Assembly: GCA_028715215.1 (NCBI GenBank)
Contig: JAQUSF010000003.1
Location: 1 to 63,207 of the forward strand
Source: Candidatus Zixiibacteriota bacterium
Lineage (GTDB): Bacteria > Zixibacteria > MSB-5A5 > GN15 > FEB-12
Length of the DNA stretch: 63,207 bases
Reading direction: 5' to 3'
Within the stretch, counting starts at the first letter, position 1; the number at the start of each line of letters is the position of its first letter. Under the pieces are notes generated by a model. The model was not told the origin of the DNA. It did no database searches and saw only the letters and a program-made list of their open reading frames with translations. This document shows positions 9,239 to 18,152 of the stretch, one piece after another. A program made the position numbers and the translations under genes.

Positions 9239-9241
9239 ATG

Positions 9242-10273
9242 TTATTTGAACAAGCGCTCTTTAAGCCAGGATATTTTATCCGGGGGGCCGGCCAGCTTTT
9301 CGTACCAGTTGCTTCCCGCTTTTTCTGGTGAAACGACACAGCGGAGAGTAACTACATCCTCAAGGGAATTGAATTCTCTGATGGCGCCGTATTGTTTATC
9401 AAAGAAAATAGGGTAATTGTAATTATCGGATAAGGTGAGCATTTCCCGGCGGTCAATCAGGTTCAGTATAGCGCCGGTGAGAGCCGCCTGATGCAGGAAA
9501 ATCCGGTTGTTGATATCTTCTTTGCACATGTTTAGAAGTATAGAATCCCGGCACAAGGTCTCGAAATCCTTCGCCCAGCGGCGAAAGATACCCTGGTGTG
9601 GTCGCACCGCCATCAAGCCGCAGTGAAAATAAGCCTTTATCCTGACTTTATCGGCGGGCGTGACCATGGGAAAAAGCATTTCTTCATGAACTTTTAGAAT
9701 TTCATAGATGCGGCTCCAGAAGGGATTAGGCGGCGCATTATAGGGGGTGCCTGAACGGTTATGCATCACCGGGCAGTAGGCCAGACTGATATCAGCCGGC
9801 AGGTCGAGCGCGTTGGGCTCCGTGAGGACATAAGTATCAGCATCCATAAAAACCAGGACCGTATTTTTATTGGAAATAGCGGCTTCAGCCCAGGCCGCGG
9901 CAAAGGGTTTACCGCCGTAAAAAAACCAGCGGGCGAAATCGGGTGTCTGGCTGGAATAAAGCTCGGCCTTTACATCCTGGAGTTTCCCGACCATGACGCT
10001 GTCATCGATGACCACATTCTCAGGAATATATACCCGCAACGGGCAGTTACGGAAGCGTCCCCCAAATGTGCGCAAACTTTCAGCCAGGTGGTAAACATCA
10101 TGAAGGGCTGCGACCGATTCAACATAGGTAACAAAAATAATGTTATTTTCTGTCATGACCGGGTCCCTTCCTTTGGTTTCGGTTGTCATTATGTAAAGAA
10201 GAAGCAGTAAACCGGTAAGGTATAATTTAAAATATAAAAACGGATTTTGTTTTTTCATCTGCTCTGCTCTCAT
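9242..10273 (-). CDS. hypothetical membrane-anchored protein, possibly a GT-A-like (DxD) nucleotide-sugar transferase fold
   Basis: 343 aa with an N-terminal TM helix. LVFMDADTYVL is a DxD-like motif after a Rossmann-like beta-alpha N-terminal region. No family was recognised with certainty. Confidence 0.45.
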   Translation of the reverse strand: MRAEQMKKQNPFLYFKLYLTGLLLLLYIMTTETKGRDPVMTENNIIFVTYVESVAALHDVYHLAESLRTFGGRFRNCPLRVYIPENVVIDDSVMVGKLQDVKAELYSSQTPDFARWFFYGGKPFAAAWAEAAISNKNTVLVFMDADTYVLTEPNALDLPADISLAYCPVMHNRSGTPYNAPPNPFWSRIYEILKVHEEMLFPMVTPADKVRIKAYFHCGLMAVRPHQGIFRRWAKDFETLCRDSILLNMCKEDINNRIFLHQAALTGAILNLIDRREMLTLSDNYNYPIFFDKQYGAIREFNSLEDVVTLRCVVSPEKAGSNWYEKLAGPPDKISWLKERLFK

Positions 10274-10344
10274 TTCTTTCGATGGATTGAATACTTCAAA
10301 TTATTTTTACTGCTTTTATTGACGAAACCCGTTGAAGGGCTGTT

Positions 10345-10391
10345 TAAAAAAAAACAAAATAAAAAACCCGGCGGTAGCCGTCACCGCCGGG
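10345..10391 (-). terminator. strong rho-independent terminator after the S8 exoprotease gene
   Basis: On the minus strand, CCCGGCGGT-gacggct-ACCGCCGGG is followed by TTTTTTATTTTGTTTTTTTTT. Confidence 0.75.
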
Positions 10392-10412
10392 CTGGAAGAA
10401 TAATGATTTGTT

Positions 10413-13400
10413 TTATTTAAGCAGAAGCATTTTTCGGGTCAATGAATTTTCCGCCGTCTCCAGCCGGTAGAAATAAATGCCGCTGCTGACCTCGCGACCA
10501 TGGCCATCCTTTCCTTCCCAGGTAATTTCATGCTCTCCGGCTGCCTGGTATTCGTCCACCAGCACCTTAACCTGCTGTCCGAGGATATTGTATATCTCCA
10601 GTCGGATATGTGACGCCCGGGTCAACGTGTAGGTGATATTAGTTTTGGGGTTAAAGGGATTAGGATAGTTCGTCAGGTAATCGACACTGGCTGGATTGGT
10701 AATGGTCAGACTGATTGTCAGGAAAATCGGGTCGGGAATGCCTTCGACATAAAAGACAACGCTGTCCTGATAATTACCCGGTAACAGGTCGGAAGATACA
10801 ATCATAATCATGACCGAGTCATAATTGGTAATGCCGACCGAGTCGAGCAGATGAACGAAACTTTCTGGACCACCGATAACGTTTGCGTAATAAGTCGCCG
10901 GGGTATTATCGGAGCCGATAAAGACCGCTGTAATAATGGTATCATTTGAGCCGTACGGTAATTCAAAAGATAAAGAGCCGGGATTTAAATAGGCTCCATG
11001 GGTGACAGTATCCTGTATGACGGTATAATCCTGGCAGGAACTGCATTCGTGAATCATGACCGGTGATTCTCCGGTTATAATCAAGCGCATCAATTCGAAG
11101 TCGTCTATATCAACGAGGCAGTCGCCGTTAATATCGGCATTGCCCGGGCAGGAAAGATGGGACAGGCTGCCAAGGTATAAGACGTTTTCCAGAAGGTACT
11201 TATCCGTCAATTCGTAGGCTATGCCATTGTTGTTAAGGTCACCGGGCATCTCGCAACAAACCGAACCAGGGTTACCGGAGGTATCAATTTGCAGATAAAC
11301 AATAGCTATATAAGGATTATTGTGAACACCTTCAACGAAGAACTCGAGAGTATCCACGTAAACCCCCATGGGCATGGAGCTGGTGGAGCTGACCGCGAAT
11401 ATTACCGTATCACCGGTACTGAAAGAAGTATCTGATAATACTATGAAATCAGCATAGTCACGCACTTCAACAGTTATTGGAGCCGGGGCGTTACTGGAAC
11501 CGACAAAGACCGAACCGGTTTGGTCGTAGTTCTCGCCGTAGGGAGCCGTATAAGCCTGCGCGTAAGGATATACCCAGGCGGTATCATCGCCCGGAAGAGT
11601 ATCGACGTGCAGATAAACCACGGATTTTCTCGGGTTATTTACGACACCATCAACATAGAAAAGGAGGGTGTCCACATATATCCCGGGCGCCATGGAGCTG
11701 GTACTGACGGCGTTGAAAAATATGTAAGTGTCGGTGTATCCTACCGAATCCCGCAGTTGCACAAAATCCACCGGGTCGGGAATTATTACGTTAAAAACAG
11801 CCGGGGCATTGGTGGAACTGACAAAAACCGAACTTGTCTGTATCGTATCCTTGCCATACGGAGCTTCAAAACCAAGGTAAACAGGATTGACCCAGGCACT
11901 TTGATTAACGGTATCCTCAGTTATCTGGAGGGTGATATAAAGATATGCCGGTTGACTGATGCCCTGGACGTAATAAGCGACGGAATCATAGTAATAACCA
12001 GGATTCGGAACCAAGGCCGGGTGAACAAAGATAGTGACCGAGTCGGGAGTACCGACAGCAGAATCCGGTTCCGTGGTAGTGAAACCGTAACTGGACAGGA
12101 CGGCAGTATAAATACCCTGCGGATTGGAGGTCAAAAAGGCCCGGCCCGATAAAATTTCTTCCGTCCCTTTTATGGCGCTGAAATACAAATGGTTGGGGGT
12201 AATGGACACCGTTCCTGTGGTACTGGTGTCTTTAACGGTCAGGTGAACAAGCAGGTACTCCGGCTGAGCCACCCCCTCAACCATAACCTGCACCAGGTTG
12301 GTATAGTAACCCGGTGGAAAATGATAATCGCAATTGGGGAGAGCGCAGTTGTAGGCGGCTATTTCAACCGAGTCATTGGTCGTCCCGTATATGGTATCGT
12401 AGGGATAGACGAAAACAAGGTCGGTATCAATCACTTTGACGGTGAAAGAGGCCGGGGCGTTGGAAGAAAAAATCGAGAAATAATAGGATGGCGGCTCGAT
12501 GAGTGATTCCCCTTCATTTAAAGTAAAGAAAAGCGTATCCGGGAATATCCAGGCGGAGTCGGCAGGCGTACCATCCGGAATAACCTCAAGGACAAGAATT
12601 CCCATAACCGGATTGTTAACGACACCGTCGACGTAAAATAACAGAGTATCGTTGTAAAGACCGACCGGTAGTTCGGGAGCATGGACCTTGAAATGCGTGT
12701 AACCGTTAGTCGTACCGGAGCTGTCGAGCAGAGTGGTAAACAGGGGTGTCCCGTGATATTCGACAATATAGCTGGCCGGGGCGTTGCTGGAATTTACCAG
12801 AAAAGCATCGTATATGGTCGTGTTTGAGCCTTCTACAACGGTCATATATGAAAGTGAGTCCTGGAAAACCCAGGCTGAATCCCCTGCCGGCAGTGTATCC
12901 TGTATTTCGAGGAATACCTGGATATATGCCGGTTCCGGCACGCCTTCCACATAATAGGCGATAGTGTCGCGATAATGCCCGATTTGAGGAGCGAGGGCGG
13001 TATTGACGGCGACCGTAATACTGTCATTGGTCGTTCCCGTAGTATCGAAAGGATAACTCACCTGGCTGCCGCCGGAAAGAGTGGTCGCCGTGAAGGCGGC
13101 CGGGGCATTGGTGGAAGTCAATATCGCCTGGGCGAAAAGCAGAGTATCCTTGCCGTACGGAGCGGTAAAATATAGTTCATCGGGAATAACCTGGGCGGTT
13201 TCTACCAGAGTACCTTCGGTTATCGTCAACGAGATAATCAAATCAACCGGTCCTTCCACACCCAGGACATAGAACCTGAACATATTGTAATAGGTCCCGA
13301 CCGGGAAATCCCAGTCAGCCAGAAACACTGTTATGGTATCGTCAGTAAAACCGCCCAGGGTATCGTCTGGATACAGGAATGCCGGATCGGAACCGATAGG

Positions 13401-14795
13401 AGACAGCCTTCCGACATATTGAGCCGGGGCGTTGGAGGAAGTAAGAGTAAAACTCTCGAAGGGAGATGTAGGAAAGGATGTTCCTTCCTCTACGACAAAG
13501 GCAAGGGTATCCGGGATGACTTCCGCGGTTGCGGCAGGACTTATTGAATTCAGAGCCGCCACGGGATTGATCAGACCGTTACCAAGTTTTCCGGCGAAGA
13601 ACGGGTTGATGTTGTCGATGTTCGTGGCTGAATTCTTAATCAGGGTATTTATTTCCCAGGTTGAGGCATAGGGCGCTTTTTCTTTGAGCAGGGCCGCTTC
13701 CCCGGATACGAAGGGAGTGGCAAAACTGGTGCCGCTCCACCAGGCATAATAAGTGTCTTTGTAGGTTGAATAAATATCTTTTCCGGGGGCACAGATATCA
13801 ATGTGCAAACCATAATTGGAAAAATCGGCCAGTTGCGAATTTTCATCGATGGCGGATACGGCCAGGACATTGGCCTGGGCCGCCGGGTAAACCGGGCCCT
13901 CACTGTAATCGTTACCGGCGGCGGCGATAATGGTCACGTTTTGGGCTTCTGCAAAATCGATGGCATCCCGCACCGCCAGGTGTTCGTTAAATAGAACGAC
14001 ACTGAGATTGATAACATCACAGCCGTCAAGGGTCGCCTGTTCAATCGCCTTGGCCAGGGTGAAACCGTCGCCGCTACCGTCGGGAGAGGTAATACGATAA
14101 GATTTCAGCGTCGCTTCTGGAGCAACCAGGTGAACAACCCCAGCGACGAATGTCCCGTGACCGGTGTTATTTCCGCCGGGTTCATCAAAAGCATCGTTGT
14201 CATTATCGACAAAGTCATACCCCGAGACGACCCGGTCGGCGAGAAGCGGATAGGTGTAGTCAATGCCGCCGTCGATTATGCCCACGGTTACACCGTTACC
14301 GGTAGCCTGGTCATGGGCGGTATTCAGATTCAAAGACTGTGCCGGTGGTTGGTTATCGTAATCACCGGTTCTGGTGCCGTCGGAAAACGGGTAACTCCCC
14401 TGGACCGGATGCAGAGAATTGATAAGGTAATTGGGGTGAGCATATTCAACCACCTGCATGGTGTCAAATTCGTAGGAGAGACTGGCAGGGTTGACGTCAC
14501 GATTCATCCGCATCAGGTACACATCGGCGTTTTCCAGATAGTCAAGGATAGTCCCGCCGACCCGGTCGGCGAAAGCCCATGTTTGCACCGTGTCATCCGT
14601 AAATTTTACCACCATTTCGTCGGGAACATAATAGTAAAAATTATTCGGGTTCTCCGTGGGAGGAGTGGTTTTGGTGATATTTACCTGCTTATCCGGGTTC
14701 TCGGCATAAACTGTGTCATAAAAAGGAATAAAAGCGCAGAAGGTGACCAGAAGCAGAGTCAACCTTGTCATCGTGTTCAGGATTTTTAGTCTCAT
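10413..14795 (-). CDS. secreted S8 subtilisin-family peptidase with eight tandem beta-sandwich-like modules, an embedded dockerin-like module and a T9SS-type C-terminal sorting domain
   Basis: Signal peptide present. Catalytic triad motifs are VGIIDGGID (Asp), HGTFVAGV (His) and SGTSFATPFVSGEAALL (Ser). The C-terminus reads NPFNPKTNITYTL...IYNILGQQV...SGIYFYRL...RKMLLLK. Confidence 0.9.
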   Translation of the reverse strand: MRLKILNTMTRLTLLLVTFCAFIPFYDTVYAENPDKQVNITKTTPPTENPNNFYYYVPDEMVVKFTDDTVQTWAFADRVGGTILDYLENADVYLMRMNRDVNPASLSYEFDTMQVVEYAHPNYLINSLHPVQGSYPFSDGTRTGDYDNQPPAQSLNLNTAHDQATGNGVTVGIIDGGIDYTYPLLADRVVSGYDFVDNDNDAFDEPGGNNTGHGTFVAGVVHLVAPEATLKSYRITSPDGSGDGFTLAKAIEQATLDGCDVINLSVVLFNEHLAVRDAIDFAEAQNVTIIAAAGNDYSEGPVYPAAQANVLAVSAIDENSQLADFSNYGLHIDICAPGKDIYSTYKDTYYAWWSGTSFATPFVSGEAALLKEKAPYASTWEINTLIKNSATNIDNINPFFAGKLGNGLINPVAALNSISPAATAEVIPDTLAFVVEEGTSFPTSPFESFTLTSSNAPAQYVGRLSPIGSDPAFLYPDDTLGGFTDDTITVFLADWDFPVGTYYNMFRFYVLGVEGPVDLIISLTITEGTLVETAQVIPDELYFTAPYGKDTLLFAQAILTSTNAPAAFTATTLSGGSQVSYPFDTTGTTNDSITVAVNTALAPQIGHYRDTIAYYVEGVPEPAYIQVFLEIQDTLPAGDSAWVFQDSLSYMTVVEGSNTTIYDAFLVNSSNAPASYIVEYHGTPLFTTLLDSSGTTNGYTHFKVHAPELPVGLYNDTLLFYVDGVVNNPVMGILVLEVIPDGTPADSAWIFPDTLFFTLNEGESLIEPPSYYFSIFSSNAPASFTVKVIDTDLVFVYPYDTIYGTTNDSVEIAAYNCALPNCDYHFPPGYYTNLVQVMVEGVAQPEYLLVHLTVKDTSTTGTVSITPNHLYFSAIKGTEEILSGRAFLTSNPQGIYTAVLSSYGFTTTEPDSAVGTPDSVTIFVHPALVPNPGYYYDSVAYYVQGISQPAYLYITLQITEDTVNQSAWVNPVYLGFEAPYGKDTIQTSSVFVSSTNAPAVFNVIIPDPVDFVQLRDSVGYTDTYIFFNAVSTSSMAPGIYVDTLLFYVDGVVNNPRKSVVYLHVDTLPGDDTAWVYPYAQAYTAPYGENYDQTGSVFVGSSNAPAPITVEVRDYADFIVLSDTSFSTGDTVIFAVSSTSSMPMGVYVDTLEFFVEGVHNNPYIAIVYLQIDTSGNPGSVCCEMPGDLNNNGIAYELTDKYLLENVLYLGSLSHLSCPGNADINGDCLVDIDDFELMRLIITGESPVMIHECSSCQDYTVIQDTVTHGAYLNPGSLSFELPYGSNDTIITAVFIGSDNTPATYYANVIGGPESFVHLLDSVGITNYDSVMIMIVSSDLLPGNYQDSVVFYVEGIPDPIFLTISLTITNPASVDYLTNYPNPFNPKTNITYTLTRASHIRLEIYNILGQQVKVLVDEYQAAGEHEITWEGKDGHGREVSSGIYFYRLETAENSLTRKMLLLK
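10690..13530 (-). repeat. eight diverged ~105-120-aa protein modules; seven are tandem and one follows the dockerin-like insert
   Basis: Each module has a recurrent signature: L.F.A.YG...(S/T)SNAPA.(Y/F)...D..G.T.DS(V/I)...PG.Y.D...(F/Y)YV.GV..P.....L.I. Examples are SSNAPAQY, STNAPAAF, SSNAPASY, SSNAPASF, TSNPQGIY, STNAPAVF, SSNAPAPI and SDNTPATY. Confidence 0.8.
11070..11265 (-). other. Cys-flanked dockerin/EF-hand-like pair embedded in the S8 protein
   Basis: CCEMPGDLNNNGIAYELTDKYLLENVLYLG...CPGNADINGDCLVDIDDFELMRLII contains two D.N.(N/D)G...D Ca-loop-like segments. Confidence 0.55.
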
Positions 14796-14832
14796 GACTA
14801 TAACCTCACATGTTAATACGTTTACATTTTAA

Positions 14833-17562
14833 TTAACCGGCGCCAAATAAGGAAAAAGTACTCCAGTGGTAAGCCGAGGGGTACTTTTCTCTGACACCTC
14901 GGGCGGCTCTTTGAACGGCGGAGCCGAGCGAAATACCGCCCAGATAATATTTATAAAATAAATTCATCCAATCCGAAGTTGCCTGGTCGGCGACAGCCCA
15001 GTGGCTGGCAAGAACATTACGCGCGCCCATTTCGAGAAGAGACCTGACCAGGCCGCTGGCTTCTTCACCGGGAAGACTGGTTTGTTGACCGGTACGACAG
15101 GCGGCCAGGGTAACCAGTCCAACCTGATTTTGTTTCAGGCGAAAATCCGCTGCAAACAAAGGGCCGTCGTTTAAAAGCAATGCGGAATAAAAAGGATTAT
15201 CGGCCCGAAACAGGGCGTGGCCGCTGAAGTGCCATATCTTAGCCACACTTTTATCCGGCCAGTCGGACCGGTTACAGGGATTATAGATGTCGGTTTCAGG
15301 CCCGCTCAACATGATATGAACGGCGTTTATGTCATCTTCAAGGTGCGGGAGCCCTTCCGAAGCCCCGATGAATATTTTTATTTTTGATGATTTCAAGGTT
15401 TTTTGGCAGGCGTTCAGATGGTGCCTGAGACTGGGTGCAAATACCAGTTCGAATGCATCCGCCAGCACCCCGTGCCCGTTTTTTAAAGCCTGCCAGGGAA
15501 GACCGGCGATACGTCCTTCGGGTAAAATAAGCAGGCGTTTGGTCTCTGCGGGCAATTCCAGCGGCGGCAGAAGCCAGTCACCGATTTGACGTAAAAGCTT
15601 AACTTCATCATCAAGGTCAGCCCGTCTCGGTTTGCTGGTGGTGGTTTGAGCATTTTCCACAAAAAAGCGCCAGCGAGCAGTGAGTATTTCCAGAGTTTTG
15701 ATGCCGTCGGGATATAAAAAAGCCCGGCTTTCTCCTCGATAGTGTACCAAGGCTAATAAATCCGAGTAACCGGCGTGAAACTGAATAATTACCTGGTCAT
15801 GAGCGGCGGTTTTGAAATACCGCCGTAAAGCTGACTGGGGGTCATTGCAAAGGTCGGTGGTTTTTTCCAGCAGCAAAAGGTTATCCCTGACTTTCTGACG
15901 CAGTTTATCAAAAGTTTTCGTTGCCGTGCTTATTGATTGTTCCCGTTTTCCTGCGGGTTCGGATAATCGGCTGCTGACCATGGTGACTTGTTGAGCCAGC
16001 TCCGAAAGACTGGCTTCAACGCGGTGGCGGGCCGGCTCGGCCGCAAAAAAATCTTCAGACGTCGACCACAAACCGGCGGTTTTAAACCGTTCCGACCAGA
16101 CCGCGGCTTGTAGGGGATTTTGTTCATATTCCGCTTTTATCAACTTGCGGTAGGGGTCGCTGAGATGGGTGAAAAAAGCTGACCGAAGTTCCACCGGGGG
16201 CAGTTTAGCCCGAACCCGGTCGAGAACATTTGCCGCTCTGGTCCAGTAGTTGACTGCGGGTTTCATGTGCCGGCGCCGGGCCTCACGGTCGCCCAGAAGC
16301 GTGTAATGTTGAGCCAGGAGATGCGGAACCGTGCTTACCGCCGGATTTCTGGATAATCTCTTAAGTACCTGTTTTTCTTCGGGCCAGCTGGTTATTATCT
16401 GTAAATCACAGATGGCTTCCCACAGGGGAAGTTGCGCTTTATTGAACAACCTCCGGGCATCGTTTATAACGGTCCTTCTGTTTTCATCGGATTGCCCGGC
16501 CAGAGATTGCGCCAGCTTAACAGCCGCAGTAAAACCACGGTTGTTGATTTGTGTGAAGCCCTGTTCGGCTTCTTTATATGACCGCCGGGCCTCATGAATT
16601 TGCCCCAGACCAAATAGGGCTTTGCCCTTAAAAAAGGCGGCTTTGGCAGCCTCATATATAATCCCCAGTTTACGGGCGCCACTTAATGCTTCCTCGGCAG
16701 TGTCACGGGCATCGATATAAAGATTAAGACCCAGGTAAACCTCAGCGCGGTCAAGCTGGCATAAGACTAATTCGCGGGGAAAACCATTCTTTCGATACTC
16801 GTGTTCGCACTGGCTTAACTCCTTAAGTGCCATGTGGAAATTGCCTTCCAGCATATGCAGCCACGATAATCCATAGAGACAGCCGAGGGCATGAAGTTGA
16901 CGGTTGTTTTGTTCGAAAATTTTACGCGCCCGGTTATAAAGCGAAGTCGCTTCCCGGAAGGCGAAGAGTTGCACCAGGGTGTTCGCCTGGTTGTAATAGC
17001 ACAGTGCGGCGGATAACCGGTCACCCTGCTTTTCGAAGAAAGCGGCAGCTTCCTGGTATAGTTTTTTGGCTTCGAGATGGCGGTCCTGGCGGTGCAGAAG
17101 ATTGGCGAAATTTACCTGGGTTTTGGCGATTTCATCGGGAGCTTTCAGTTTTTTGAAAGTAGTCAGAGCTATTCTTGCCCGGCGCCGGGCTTCCTTGAAA
17201 TTACCCAGATACATGTAAACATCTATGAGTACCCGGTCGATGCGGGCGCGTCCTGAAATATCTTTCACCGTCAGGGTACGGGCTTTAAGATAAGTATTCC
17301 GGGCATGGGTATATTGCCCGGCGACCAGATAAGCCCAGCCGAGAGCTCTAAGAGCCGTCAGCTGCAGATAACTTTCCTGCTTTCTTGTCCGGGCTACAAA
17401 TTTCTTGCCCAGGGACACCGCGTCCGAAACGGCGACCTGGGTTAAAAAGCGTATTTTCCGGTCACAGGCGCAGGCCAGTTCTTCGAGGGTTAAGCCGCTC
17501 CTGTCGCCGGTAGCCAGATAATTCTCAGCCGCACGGTCCAATATTTCTTTATCTAATGCCAT
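14833..17562 (-). CDS. TPR-repeat CHAT-domain (caspase-like) protease
   Basis: 909 aa. The N-terminal ~400 aa are TPR-like (repeated A..Y..A / L..G.Y..A patterns). The C-terminal CHAT region has His in KIWHFSGHALF and Cys in LVTLAACRTGQ (Cys codon at 15099-15097), followed by ASHWAV. Confidence 0.85.
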   Translation of the reverse strand: MALDKEILDRAAENYLATGDRSGLTLEELACACDRKIRFLTQVAVSDAVSLGKKFVARTRKQESYLQLTALRALGWAYLVAGQYTHARNTYLKARTLTVKDISGRARIDRVLIDVYMYLGNFKEARRRARIALTTFKKLKAPDEIAKTQVNFANLLHRQDRHLEAKKLYQEAAAFFEKQGDRLSAALCYYNQANTLVQLFAFREATSLYNRARKIFEQNNRQLHALGCLYGLSWLHMLEGNFHMALKELSQCEHEYRKNGFPRELVLCQLDRAEVYLGLNLYIDARDTAEEALSGARKLGIIYEAAKAAFFKGKALFGLGQIHEARRSYKEAEQGFTQINNRGFTAAVKLAQSLAGQSDENRRTVINDARRLFNKAQLPLWEAICDLQIITSWPEEKQVLKRLSRNPAVSTVPHLLAQHYTLLGDREARRRHMKPAVNYWTRAANVLDRVRAKLPPVELRSAFFTHLSDPYRKLIKAEYEQNPLQAAVWSERFKTAGLWSTSEDFFAAEPARHRVEASLSELAQQVTMVSSRLSEPAGKREQSISTATKTFDKLRQKVRDNLLLLEKTTDLCNDPQSALRRYFKTAAHDQVIIQFHAGYSDLLALVHYRGESRAFLYPDGIKTLEILTARWRFFVENAQTTTSKPRRADLDDEVKLLRQIGDWLLPPLELPAETKRLLILPEGRIAGLPWQALKNGHGVLADAFELVFAPSLRHHLNACQKTLKSSKIKIFIGASEGLPHLEDDINAVHIMLSGPETDIYNPCNRSDWPDKSVAKIWHFSGHALFRADNPFYSALLLNDGPLFAADFRLKQNQVGLVTLAACRTGQQTSLPGEEASGLVRSLLEMGARNVLASHWAVADQATSDWMNLFYKYYLGGISLGSAVQRAARGVREKYPSAYHWSTFSLFGAG

Positions 17563-18107
17563 GACAGCCTGTCAAATACTATATTTTTATCATAAGATAA
17601 CAACTTGACGGTGGCCGGTACTTTCTTTGTTGTCCATTGGTAAAAACCGCCGGACAACGGCAGTATCTTAAAACGGCCTATTTGGAGAACGAAATCCTGT
17701 ATGACCTTATCGCCGGAGTAGAGGCGGGCAACGAATTCCCACTGGTTCTGACGTCGCTCGGCAACAATCTCAAGACTTAAATTCTGAGCTTTCAGGTGCA
17801 GCCGGCGAAGAAAACCATCGGTCGTATTACGTAGCGCCACCGGGGTACTCTGAGCCCAGGAATCATAGGCGATTTTACCTTTTATAACGGTTACTTCCTT
17901 TTCCTTCCGGAAGTAAAGCGGGATCAAAGCATATCTGTGAAGGGCTTCGCAAGAGGGAACTTCAAGAGGTCGGGCTGCTATTGGGTACACCATCTTTTCT
18001 GTTACATCCTTTTGTTTATCAAATTGTGCCACGAGTTGTTGCAGGGCTTCGTTCTTATTATTTTTTAAATTTTTCTTGGAATACTTCCTTGTGGTATTTT
18101 TTTTCAT
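17553..18107 (-). CDS. hypothetical 184-aa soluble protein with a Lys-rich N-terminus
   Basis: The ATG start lies 45 nt after the sigma gene stop, and the 3' end overlaps the CHAT start by 10 nt. There is no TM segment and no HxxxCxxC zinc anti-sigma motif. No family was recognised. Confidence 0.6.
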   Translation of the reverse strand: MKKNTTRKYSKKNLKNNKNEALQQLVAQFDKQKDVTEKMVYPIAARPLEVPSCEALHRYALIPLYFRKEKEVTVIKGKIAYDSWAQSTPVALRNTTDGFLRRLHLKAQNLSLEIVAERRQNQWEFVARLYSGDKVIQDFVLQIGRFKILPLSGGFYQWTTKKVPATVKLLSYDKNIVFDRLSWH

Positions 18108-18152
18108 ATTAAATTCACTTTCTTATTTAAAAGGAGGGGTCGCTCGGGCTTG

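Noticed and set aside
9168-9416. 82-aa plus-strand ORF at the end of the AT-rich region
   Set aside because: It runs through the terminator hairpin and then antisense into gene 9242..10273. It has no RBS and no recognisable motifs.
10690-13530. Diversity-generating retroelement (template/variable repeat) explanation for the repeated modules in the S8 protease
   Set aside because: The repeats are diverged at the DNA level across their whole length, not adenine-specific variants of one template. No reverse transcriptase is present in the window.
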